Sequence record: OR352948.1
Direction: 5' to 3' (one strand)
DNA from: Escherichia phage AV118
Length of the DNA: 64,000 bases
In this document: positions 9,450 to 17,752 of the stretch, piece after piece
How the letters are laid out: the number at the start of each line of letters is the position of its first letter
How positions within the stretch are numbered: position 1 is the first letter of the stretch
Position numbers and translations under genes: made by a program
The notes under the pieces: model-generated
What the model was told of the DNA's origin: nothing
What the model saw: the letters and a program-made list of their open reading frames with translations, nothing else
Databases searched by the model: none

Positions 9450-9650
9450 TCACAAGTTACGTTTAAAAATTTCTGCCACTTCGAGAAGTTCTTCTTTAGT
9501 AGCTGTGTCGGTTTGTATTTTATATCGAATTTCCTTAAAGCCTTCTTTAAAGGCTTCAGCTGATTCGATATCAAAAAATCTTTGGATAAGCCGGAATTCC
9601 CGGAGCACTGCTTTATCAAAAAGTTCCAAGTCCACGTTATATGTTCTCAT
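9450..9650 (-). CDS. hypothetical protein (66 aa from ATG at 9650)
   Basis: ATG at 9650 with GAAGAG Shine-Dalgarno; the ORF-track start at 9680 lies inside the inverted-repeat arm. Confidence 0.4.
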   Translation of the reverse strand: MRTYNVDLELFDKAVLREFRLIQRFFDIESAEAFKEGFKEIRYKIQTDTATKEELLEVAEIFKRNL

Positions 9651-9670
9651 AATATTCTCTTCAGTAGATT

Positions 9671-9731
9671 CCTGAGGCACTATTACTAAAGACCATATAA
9701 TCTATCATCTTATGTGTAATAGTGCCTCAGG
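9671..9731. repeat. Perfect 16-bp inverted repeat (cctgaggcactattac / gtaatagtgcctcagg) with 29-nt loop
   Basis: Read directly; arms at 9671-9686 and 9716-9731. Confidence 0.8.
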
Positions 9732-9742
9732 CGATTCAGGAT

Positions 9743-10843
9743 TTACGCTGTGAAGATTTTATCCCACATCGCAACAACTGCATCTCGATTATACTTCTTC
9801 CATACTGCTTCAGCACGTTTAACTCGAGCTTCGTATGTGTCAGTGAATTCTAATACAGCTTTTGTGTAAAGCGCAACTACTTCTTTCTTAGGAGTAGAGG
9901 AATCAATTTCTACACGCACAGTATCTGGGTCGTATTCGAATGTCGCATGAGGATAATCCTTAAAAACTAACTGGATTACAGGGACACCTTTAGAGATGGC
10001 TTCAATAGAACTATTCTCTACCGTACCTGTGTCAGGACACGTATTAATAAGTGCTTTAGCTGTTTTAAGACGTTCCATGATTTCACTGTGTGGAGCATCA
10101 ATAATAACAGGATATTTAGCTGGTGGTGCCCATTTACTAGGACAGTATCCTACACCATTTTCGCCTAGTGCTTTAATCGCTTCAAGAGCAACATCAGTAC
10201 GACGCATTTTAGTGTCATAACGTTGGGCACTAATAATCAAATCAGTTGCTGGGAGAACTTCTGGCTTTTCGGTCAAACAAATAACCGGGTAGTCATCATG
10301 TTCAAATAATGGATTTTCACGCCAGTAATCATAATCAATGCTATCAGTAAGAGCTGAAGTCATATGGCAATATTTACGTTCAAATTCACGGAATGCTTTA
10401 GTAGGAGCATAGCTCTTACCACCGTATTTGTGGGTAAGAATAGTTTGTTTCCAAATTTCTACAATACCGCGAGATACAGGCTCAAATGGAGTTGCCATAA
10501 AATTTCTATGAACACTGGATAAACCGGCATCTTTAATTGCGTTAACAGTTAGTTTAGTCGGTTCCATAGTAACAACAAAATCGTATTCATGGATGCCGGC
10601 TAGTTCAACAATCTTACGAGCCATAGTATAACTCATACCTAGACTGAATTTAGTCAGATGACCAACAGGATGATGATTAACTTTCCAGTCACCAAACGTG
10701 TCATTATCAAAGCCGATATAATCAATATCAGCACCGATGGACACAAGATATTTCAACACATTTAAATGTACTGCTTCAAGGCCACCTTGTACACGGTCAG
10801 GATTAAATGGGACTGCACGAGATGGGATAAACATAACTTTCAT
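9743..10843 (-). CDS. GT-B fold glycosyltransferase (GT4-like, 366 aa); candidate DNA hydroxymethylcytosine glycosyltransferase
   Basis: N-terminal MKVMFIPSRAVPFNP..GGLE and C-terminal ENSSIEAISKGVPVI motifs typical of GT-B/GT4 enzymes; AAGG Shine-Dalgarno; sits between rIIA and 39. Confidence 0.6.
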   Translation of the reverse strand: MKVMFIPSRAVPFNPDRVQGGLEAVHLNVLKYLVSIGADIDYIGFDNDTFGDWKVNHHPVGHLTKFSLGMSYTMARKIVELAGIHEYDFVVTMEPTKLTVNAIKDAGLSSVHRNFMATPFEPVSRGIVEIWKQTILTHKYGGKSYAPTKAFREFERKYCHMTSALTDSIDYDYWRENPLFEHDDYPVICLTEKPEVLPATDLIISAQRYDTKMRRTDVALEAIKALGENGVGYCPSKWAPPAKYPVIIDAPHSEIMERLKTAKALINTCPDTGTVENSSIEAISKGVPVIQLVFKDYPHATFEYDPDTVRVEIDSSTPKKEVVALYTKAVLEFTDTYEARVKRAEAVWKKYNRDAVVAMWDKIFTA

Positions 10844-10860
10844 AATTAAGCCTTATTAAA

Positions 10861-10887
10861 ATTAAAATGAAGCTCCCGAAGGAGCTT
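10861..10887 (-). terminator. C(UUCG)G hairpin terminator overlapping stop of the HNH gene
   Basis: Plus aagctcc-cgaa-ggagctt. Confidence 0.45.
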
Positions 10888-11684
10888 AGGACATCCAACA
10901 CATTTTATAACCTTTGCAGGTTCTGTTAGGATTATTTAATGCTTTCAATATATTAGAAGACCCTATATCTAAATACTCCCTTAATTCATAAAGATAGTTA
11001 AAATCAATAGTTTCACCTGTTTTTACACTTGTGATTCTTATAGGCCTTCTTTCATATTTAGATTTATACAACTCTCTAGTCTTAGCTTTAGTTTCTTCTG
11101 ACCTAGGAGTGTATGGTTTAAATCCTTTTGTTTTAAATGTTTCCATTCTTGATTTAGTTATTTTATCCTGGTGTTCTTTTGTTTTTACAGGTGCTTTTCG
11201 CCCATTCTCCCAAGATAACTTGTTGGCCTGTATTATTTTATCTATTGCTTCTTGCGTATGAGTTTTACCATAAAATGGATTTAATTCGCCTATACGTTGT
11301 GAAGCAATATGTGACATTAATTCTCTTGTTGCTTTAGTATGTTTTTTTACCTTTAAATGGATTGCCATTTTTAGCAATCCATTCTTTCATAAATCTAGAG
11401 TGCTCTTTAGAGAATTCTTGTTTAAGCCAATCATAATCTCTAGAATTTCTAGCTCCCATGTAAAAAGCTCTAATAGCCATAAGCATAGAACGGTTCTTAT
11501 GAATTTTATAAAGCAATAAATGGGCGATAAAATGCTCTCTAGGGGTCATTTTAACTAGATTTGATTTAGCATTACTCCCACCCATAGATTTAGGCAAAAT
11601 ATGGTGAGTTTCAGTATAATTAGGAATAGTGCTGCGGTTTTTAGCCGCAGCGATAAGTTTATCATAAATTTTACGATAATTCAT
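10886..11684 (-). pseudogene. HNH homing endonuclease (HNH N-terminal domain + NUMOD3 C-terminal repeats) disrupted by +1 frameshift in an A7 run (plus-strand T-run 11342-11348)
   Basis: ORFs 11334-11684 (HNH motif ETHHILPKSMGGSN...REHFIAH) and 10886-11377 (NPFYGKTH NUMOD3 repeats) are in frames offset by 1; removing one A restores a continuous NPFKGKKHTKATREL reading; ATG at 11684 shares TAATG with gene 39 stop. Confidence 0.55.
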
Positions 11685-13522
11685 TATCCTAGCATCCAAT
11701 CTTTACGGAGTTCAGGGTCGTTACCCATGAGCATTTCAAATAGTTCTTTCCAATTTTCAGGAAGTTTAACTACGTCGTACACAGGGTTTTGAATCATTTC
11801 TTTATATTCATCCCGCTGAAGTGAGCCCAATCCCTTGATGTATCGAATACTATGCTTAGGCAGTGTATCTTTAACTTCTTCATACTCAGCTACAGTATAA
11901 AACCATTTTTGAGTTTTGCCAATTTGTGCAATAATTACAGGCGTTTTAACAAAGCGAATACGTCCTTGTTCAAACAATTCAGGCCAATTACTAAAGAAAG
12001 CAAGCAAAGCCGGATAAATACTTCCAAGGCCGTCATGATCGGCATCGGTCATAATTGCAATATTACGGTAGTTCGTATTCTCTGCCTTTTCACCAAGAAT
12101 AAGACCCGTGATAGCACAGATATCAAAGAGCTCTTTGTTCTTCATCATATCGACATATGACATACCCCAGCTATTCATCACCTTACCACGTAATGGGAAT
12201 CCGCCGTGTAGTTCACGGTCACGAACATCAATGAGATAACCAATTGCCGAATCACCTTCTGTTAAAAACAATGTCGTATCTGCATCTTTACCACATTGGT
12301 TAGCTTTAATATGCTTATGAACCTTAGCTTTAGTTGCCTTTTTAGCTGCTTTAGTTTCTGCAGCCTTTTCTGCTGCCAATTTACGAGCTAATGCGGCTTC
12401 AATTATAGGCATTAAAACTGCTTCAGAATTCAAAATATTTTTTGCCAATTTTTTTGTATCTAATTTAATATGCGTCCGAATTTCGCCATAAGGACTTGTT
12501 AAACGCTCTTTGGTTTGGGAATCAAAACGAAGGTTCTTCATTCCACGAACGAACATTAAGAGAGTGAGACATTCCTTGATGCGCGCTTTAGTCACGTCGA
12601 TTTTATATTTGCGTTTAATAGCCGGAATTAATTCTTCGCAAATGTCGTCCATCACACATTCAATGTGATGACCACCGTTTTTGGTATGGATGTTATTCAC
12701 ATAAGTTAAATGACGGAAGCCATCTGGTGACCGTCCAATGGCAATAGAGCATCCGTCTTGTTCTTGAATGATGGTCTCTTCATCAAATTGTTTAGCAAAC
12801 TTCTTAAAGTTACCTTGAATCTTTTTGCCATTAAATTTAAATTCAATACCAGGATAAACGACCGCCAATGTTTGGAGCCGGTCTATAGTAATATCTTGGT
12901 ATATTTTTTCAAATTGATTCATTTCAAAATGTGAGAAATCAGGAATAAACTCGACCTTAGTACCGTTGTTTTTAGACGGCTTAGATTTCCAAGAAATATT
13001 ATCAGCGTTATTAGAACAATTAACGGTCAATTCATTTTTACCATCTGAAGTAGTGCCAACAAAAGAGACAGAAAAAATATTTGTTAATGAAGAACCGACA
13101 CCGTTTTGTCCACCCGTAACACGTTCTTTGTCGTCACCAAAGTTGCCACCGGCTTTTGTACGTGTCCACGCCGCAACTGGTCCTGGAATTTCTTCTCCTT
13201 CAGGAGTAATAACTGTTTCTTGAGGAATACCTCGACCATTATCTTCAACAGTCACTTTATTAGAATTTAAATCAATACTAACGGAAATTTTATTAGCATA
13301 TTTGAAATTGGTTCGAATAGCTTCGTCTACTGAGTTGTCAATAATTTCATCAATTAATTTGAGAACACCTGCAACATATTTAACCTTTTTAAATTCACCG
13401 AATAGGAAACGTTCTTGTTCTTCATTGGCAACACTTCCAATATACATGCCAGGACGCTTCAAACAATGCTCTTTATCAGATAGCATTTCAATTTTATTAT
13501 CAATCATTAGATTTTCTCTCAA
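11684..13522 (-). CDS. 39: DNA topoisomerase II large subunit gp39 (GyrB-like ATPase + TOPRIM; contiguous 39+60 equivalent, 612 aa)
   Basis: GHKL ATPase and TOPRIM motifs (PGMYIG, EDNGRGIP, LTEGDSA, DADHDG). Confidence 0.9.
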   Translation of the reverse strand: MRENLMIDNKIEMLSDKEHCLKRPGMYIGSVANEEQERFLFGEFKKVKYVAGVLKLIDEIIDNSVDEAIRTNFKYANKISVSIDLNSNKVTVEDNGRGIPQETVITPEGEEIPGPVAAWTRTKAGGNFGDDKERVTGGQNGVGSSLTNIFSVSFVGTTSDGKNELTVNCSNNADNISWKSKPSKNNGTKVEFIPDFSHFEMNQFEKIYQDITIDRLQTLAVVYPGIEFKFNGKKIQGNFKKFAKQFDEETIIQEQDGCSIAIGRSPDGFRHLTYVNNIHTKNGGHHIECVMDDICEELIPAIKRKYKIDVTKARIKECLTLLMFVRGMKNLRFDSQTKERLTSPYGEIRTHIKLDTKKLAKNILNSEAVLMPIIEAALARKLAAEKAAETKAAKKATKAKVHKHIKANQCGKDADTTLFLTEGDSAIGYLIDVRDRELHGGFPLRGKVMNSWGMSYVDMMKNKELFDICAITGLILGEKAENTNYRNIAIMTDADHDGLGSIYPALLAFFSNWPELFEQGRIRFVKTPVIIAQIGKTQKWFYTVAEYEEVKDTLPKHSIRYIKGLGSLQRDEYKEMIQNPVYDVVKLPENWKELFEMLMGNDPELRKDWMLG

Positions 13523-14182
13523 ATTGCATGACTATATTTTTGTATGAACCTTCCGGAAATCCACGTTTAATGCTTTCTTTAGCAAATTTCCCAACCTTTG
13601 GTTTATCCAATTCTAACCATAATTTATATAAAGCAGATTCATATTCCCATACAGGACTTTTACGATTTTTAAGCCCACACTTTATAAGCACTTCCTTTGT
13701 ATGTTTCTTATTATAAAATGGATTGTTTTTGCCACTCATTGCTTTAGAATGTTCCGGGCGCTTAATTCCATACATCGGATTAAGATCGCCTTTCTTGATA
13801 ACGGATTGTAGTTCAATAGTTTCTTCAGAGTGATTGTGTCCATAAAATGGATTTAACTCTTTTGAAACATCCATACCAAAGCACCCATCGACTGTGGCAT
13901 AAGACATGTTGAAAAATTTTTCAGATTTAACCACATTATGCAATTTCTGGTAATACAACTCACAAAACGTCGCTTCTTCCCGTGTATCAAATTCGCCAAT
14001 AATACATGAATCAAATAAATGAGGATTATCTTTTATCTCTTTATCATAAATTTGTTTATATTTTTCGACTTTACCGTACCATGATAGTGATTGTTTGTAT
14101 GTTTATTAAGATAAGTAGACCCTATATAAAACGGTGGCAACTTATCGCCTGTGTATATTGTTAAGTATGTTATGTATTTCAT
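13500..14182 (-). pseudogene. GIY-YIG (Seg-like) homing endonuclease disrupted by -1 frameshift in an A5 run (plus-strand T-run 14061-14065)
   Basis: ATG at 14182 encodes MKYITYLTIYTGDKLPPFYIGST... (near-identical to N-terminus of intact Seg-like gene at 48570-49373) then stops after about 44 codons; downstream frame continues ...KYKQIYDKEIKDNPHLFDSC... into the NUMOD3-repeat ORF 13500-13958; restoring one A rejoins the frames. Confidence 0.55.
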
Positions 14183-14210
14183 AAAGGTATTCTATCATCC
14201 GAAATCTAAA

Positions 14211-14230
14211 GCAAAAAGGGCCGAAGCCCT
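14211..14230 (-). terminator. C(UUCG)G hairpin + U-run
   Basis: Plus caaaaa-agggc-cgaa-gccct. Confidence 0.45.
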
Positions 14231-14652
14231 TATTTAAATTTAATTTTCTGAAGTGCATCAATTGCAGCCAAACGCCCTTGTTCACTTTTAACTGTAATGA
14301 CCACATCACCTGATACGATCACCGAACCATCAACAAATTCTATAGAGCCTTTTTTGAAATCGACGGCTGTATCTGATTCAGGAACTTCTTCAAAGAATTT
14401 AAATTCTGCACCATAAAGCAGAATATCACCTTGCATACTAATGATTGTACGTCCAGGTCCATCGGTTTCAGCGGCAATCATTGAAACACCATAACCAATC
14501 ATCTCTTCTACAATAAAATCTCTTGATAATAAAACTGTATGCAGAGTAGTGTTAAGACGTTTACCAGTCGTATTAAGAATTCTCAAGAAATTATCTTCTT
14601 GTCCTTTGATAATACGATATTTCTTACCAACTTCAAAACCTTTAAAAGCCAT
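14230..14652 (-). CDS. hypothetical protein (140 aa)
   Basis: Minus-strand ORF. Confidence 0.45.
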   Translation of the reverse strand: MAFKGFEVGKKYRIIKGQEDNFLRILNTTGKRLNTTLHTVLLSRDFIVEEMIGYGVSMIAAETDGPGRTIISMQGDILLYGAEFKFFEEVPESDTAVDFKKGSIEFVDGSVIVSGDVVITVKSEQGRLAAIDALQKIKFK

Positions 14653-14654
14653 AA

Positions 14655-14834
14655 TTAACCCTTCTTAAGTAAGTCGTAAAAACCACCGTTCACATGTTTA
14701 GGAGCAGAAACCCGACGAGTAGACAGACGATGACATTCAGGGCAAACATCGTTTTCTCGTTCAGAAATTCTTTTAATTTTTTCATATTCATGACCACAAT
14801 CTTCAGATTGACATTTATAGTCGTATAACGGCAT
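14655..14834 (-). CDS. Zinc-ribbon protein (59 aa; Cx4C...CxxC), below ORF-track threshold
   Basis: ATG at 14834 shares TAATG overlap with upstream ORF stop; translation [37 protein letters not shown]...; fills an otherwise empty gap. Confidence 0.45.
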   Translation of the reverse strand: MPLYDYKCQSEDCGHEYEKIKRISERENDVCPECHRLSTRRVSAPKHVNGGFYDLLKKG

Positions 14835-15247
14835 TATTGTTCCTTAAAGTGAGCTTTCAACATTTGATACAAAGACCATGCCTGGTCGTTATTTTCGATA
14901 GTAATCGTCATCACCGGAAATTCAGACAATTCATCAAGTTCACCAGAATCTTGCTCTTCGGACGCTTGATATGGATTTCCAACTTCGTCAAAGAATTCTG
15001 CTTCATTCGTGGAGAGCCAGATAAAGTTTTCATCAAGGATATCACCGCCTGTTGCGTATCCAACCGTGCCGGTAGATGTCACAATTTTAGTAGGACGACC
15101 AAGATGGTCAACATCTAATACTTTAAATGGTTCCATGCCAAGACGTCGTGCATAAATCCCATTATCAGTGTGGTCTTTAATAAACTCTTCTTGGACACGT
15201 TTATCTTTAAATTGATACCACGAGTTAACGCAGAATTTATTAGCCAT
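14834..15247 (-). CDS. hypothetical acidic protein (137 aa from ATG at 15247)
   Basis: ATG at 15247 overlaps upstream stop (TAATG); ORF-track start at 15265 is upstream of it. Confidence 0.45.
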   Translation of the reverse strand: MANKFCVNSWYQFKDKRVQEEFIKDHTDNGIYARRLGMEPFKVLDVDHLGRPTKIVTSTGTVGYATGGDILDENFIWLSTNEAEFFDEVGNPYQASEEQDSGELDELSEFPVMTITIENNDQAWSLYQMLKAHFKEQ

Positions 15248-15474
15248 TAGTAAGTTTCCTTCCAATAAGTTGTACCATTTTCAGTGATTTCACGGAAGAT
15301 ACCATAGATAGGCATTTCATCGCCTAGTTTTTCGTAAACGTAAACCACTTCAGTGTAGCATAAAAATTCAGTCCAGTTTTTCTGTACAACAACTAAATCA
15401 GGATTAAACAGAACATCTTCAAACTCATCGATGTTTGAATCAGTAGTTACGTTTTTAATGATTTGACGTTTCAT
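15247..15474 (-). CDS. hypothetical protein (75 aa from ATG at 15474)
   Basis: ATG at 15474 with AAGAGGAG Shine-Dalgarno; the longer ORF-track form runs into the promoter. Confidence 0.45.
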   Translation of the reverse strand: MKRQIIKNVTTDSNIDEFEDVLFNPDLVVVQKNWTEFLCYTEVVYVYEKLGDEMPIYGIFREITENGTTYWKETY

Positions 15475-15502
15475 AATATTCTCCTCTTGTTTTGATAGGT
15501 CT

Positions 15503-15532
15503 ATAGTATCATAGACCATAGTTGTTGTACAT
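15503..15532 (-). promoter_or_regulatory. Early-type promoter (-10 TACTAT, weak -35)
   Basis: Shares the gataggtctata -10-proximal motif with other promoters in window; approximate coordinates. Confidence 0.35.
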
Positions 15533-16056
15533 CATTTTAGCAAAATAAAATCAACTTGTTCTGCCAATGAACGTCTAAACATTAATTGACAACTTCCGAG
15601 GATGAAATCAGGTGCTTCATAGACCGCGATGTAGTATCCTTTAGCTTTCAAGAGTTCAACATCCACCTGGTCATCAAACCATGCATAAACCGCGTCAACA
15701 CTTTCAAATCCAAAATAGAACCCTTGAGCCCAATCTTCACTCAATTCAAATGTGTTCTCAATTCTATAATATCTTAAGATATTTTGTTCAAGGAGTTTGT
15801 CTTCATTTATTGTAGGACGATTAGGGACATTATAGTTGTCGCCGTGATGGTAGAAGTTACCCGAGATTATTCCATGCTTATCAAGGAACTCCCATGTTTC
15901 TTCAGAGTTGTCGGTGCCCGACCAACCGTATGGCGAACGAGGTTCTTTATTCCAAGAGGTTTCCCAAATTCTGACGGCTTTACCGTCTTCGATAGCAATT
16001 CCTGGTAATGATTCACGTTGAGTACAAAAACTACGTTCTACGCGGTAAACTAACAT
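15532..16056 (-). CDS. hypothetical protein (174 aa)
   Basis: Minus-strand ORF, ATG at 16056. Confidence 0.45.
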   Translation of the reverse strand: MLVYRVERSFCTQRESLPGIAIEDGKAVRIWETSWNKEPRSPYGWSGTDNSEETWEFLDKHGIISGNFYHHGDNYNVPNRPTINEDKLLEQNILRYYRIENTFELSEDWAQGFYFGFESVDAVYAWFDDQVDVELLKAKGYYIAVYEAPDFILGSCQLMFRRSLAEQVDFILLK

Positions 16057-16082
16057 ATTATTCTCCTCTGGTTGATATGGTT

Positions 16083-16111
16083 ATAATATCAAAACCAGAG
16101 GAGAAGTAAAC
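16083..16111 (-). promoter_or_regulatory. T4-early-type promoter (GTTTAC-N17-TATTAT) with -10 inside an 11-bp perfect inverted repeat (16063-16073 / 16093-16103)
   Basis: Read on minus strand. Confidence 0.5.
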
Positions 16112-16115
16112 AACT

Positions 16116-16535
16116 TTATGCAAAAGATGCTGGACAATATTTTTTGATTTGGAACTCAGGAACTACCATGAACTGTCCAGCAAAAACAATGTTATAAAGC
16201 TTGACGCCATCTTCAACCCATTGGTCCGAAATAAAACCAGCAACTTGATTCGTTGTCCATGGAGACCCATCAGTTGCGGCAGCAATAGTAAATTCATGGT
16301 CTTTTACAACTAAAACTGACCTGCACAGTTTCCATTTGAACGCTTTTTCTTCTGGTTCAATGAACTGGCTTGAGACGTAACCAATGTTACCATTAACATC
16401 TCGAACTTTAACTTCGTTACGTCCAAAAACCGGATCACTCACAGAAAGAACTTCAACCAACTTCCCGGCAACTTTAGAGCGAGAAGCAACAGATACATAT
16501 ACGTAATCACCTGTAGAGAGATTCACAATATTCAT
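16116..16535 (-). CDS. hypothetical protein, tandem paralogue A (139 aa)
   Basis: Shares RSK.AG.LVEV...FKW.LC...GFISDQWVEDG.KLYNIVF pattern with adjacent gene; AAGGA Shine-Dalgarno. Confidence 0.5.
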   Translation of the reverse strand: MNIVNLSTGDYVYVSVASRSKVAGKLVEVLSVSDPVFGRNEVKVRDVNGNIGYVSSQFIEPEEKAFKWKLCRSVLVVKDHEFTIAAATDGSPWTTNQVAGFISDQWVEDGVKLYNIVFAGQFMVVPEFQIKKYCPASFA

Positions 16536-16544
16536 AATAATTCC

Positions 16545-17000
16545 TTAAGCTTTACGAGGAGACACATAGCGAGTGATTTCAGATTCTTTAACAACTCGGA
16601 AGTCACCTAAGAATACAATATTGTATAACTTTTCACCATCTTCAACCCATTGGTCGCTAATGAAGCCACACATAGTATCAGTTTTGCTTGGATAACCGTA
16701 TTCATCGATGAAGTCAAATTCTTTATCAGTCTGGAATTCAACACCTTTACACAAGGCCCATTTGAACTGTACATTAGGTTCAGTAGAAGCAGATGGAGTG
16801 CTCACACGAGTTTCCAGGAATTTAGGACTTACGTAAGCGTACTGAGTATCCTGACGTCCAAAACTAGGAATGATTCGAACTTTAACTTCTTTAATACGTC
16901 CCATGCCATTTGTGCGAAGTCCGACAACTTCAACCAGACGACCTGCAGCTTTAGAACGAGAAGCTGTCGATACACGTTTAATTTCACCAATATTAATCAT
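16545..17000 (-). CDS. hypothetical protein, tandem paralogue B (151 aa from ATG at 17000)
   Basis: ATG at 17000; paralogous to 16116-16535. Confidence 0.5.
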   Translation of the reverse strand: MINIGEIKRVSTASRSKAAGRLVEVVGLRTNGMGRIKEVKVRIIPSFGRQDTQYAYVSPKFLETRVSTPSASTEPNVQFKWALCKGVEFQTDKEFDFIDEYGYPSKTDTMCGFISDQWVEDGEKLYNIVFLGDFRVVKESEITRYVSPRKA

Positions 17001-17030
17001 ATTTTTTCTCTCTTTGTTTAAGTTGAATTC

Positions 17031-17060
17031 ATTATACTCCAACCATCCTTGGTTGTAAAC
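17031..17060 (-). promoter_or_regulatory. T4-early-type promoter (GTTTAC-N18-TATAAT) with caacca/tggttg inverted repeat in spacer; 27-nt core repeated at 60056-60082
   Basis: Read on minus strand. Confidence 0.5.
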
Positions 17061-17065
17061 TGGTT

Positions 17066-17743
17066 TTATCGCTGTTTTACACTTAACGGGTCAGGATTCT
17101 CAGGGACATCTTCAAGGCCAAGCGCATAACGCTGAGCATATTTTAACATCAAAATATCTTTAGCACAATCATGAATACTATCATGGGCAACGAATCCTTT
17201 TAGCGTACCCATCGGTAATGGACACATACTTAATCCTCGTGTCAACGAGTAAGCTTCGATTGCTGTACGAATATCGCGTTGTGCCCAGAATTTAACCGGT
17301 TCTAATTTATCGGTATCAATCTCTGGTTCAAGAACACCTTCATCACGATAGAGGTCACGAATCAAATCGACCAATATCGGGAAGTCAAAGCTCATACCAC
17401 GGCACCACATCTGTGATTTCCATTGGTCAACTTTATTAGCTCGGCAATAGTCTAAAAAGATTTTAATGCCTTCAAGCGTAGTGACATCGTCTTCAGACGG
17501 GGCCAAGTTTTTACGTGCTTCAGCTGATTGTTCTTTCCACCATTTCATAGTGGATTTAGCGAAAACTCGCTTCCCTTTCTGAGAAGCTAAATTAAATTTA
17601 ATTCGCTTACCTCGTTGAACAAGTTCTTCAAATGATTCAACAACTTCAGGGTCGGAATTATATGCAATAACCGCAAGGTCAATAACAGCCGCTTTTGATG
17701 TATTGCCGAATGTTTCAAAATCTATAATAACATCAGTGCTCAT
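17066..17743 (-). CDS. dexA: Exonuclease A DexA (DEDD-type 3'-5' exonuclease, 225 aa)
   Basis: N-terminal IIDFET motif, size and position next to dda. Confidence 0.75.
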   Translation of the reverse strand: MSTDVIIDFETFGNTSKAAVIDLAVIAYNSDPEVVESFEELVQRGKRIKFNLASQKGKRVFAKSTMKWWKEQSAEARKNLAPSEDDVTTLEGIKIFLDYCRANKVDQWKSQMWCRGMSFDFPILVDLIRDLYRDEGVLEPEIDTDKLEPVKFWAQRDIRTAIEAYSLTRGLSMCPLPMGTLKGFVAHDSIHDCAKDILMLKYAQRYALGLEDVPENPDPLSVKQR

Positions 17744-17752
17744 AATTTTCTC

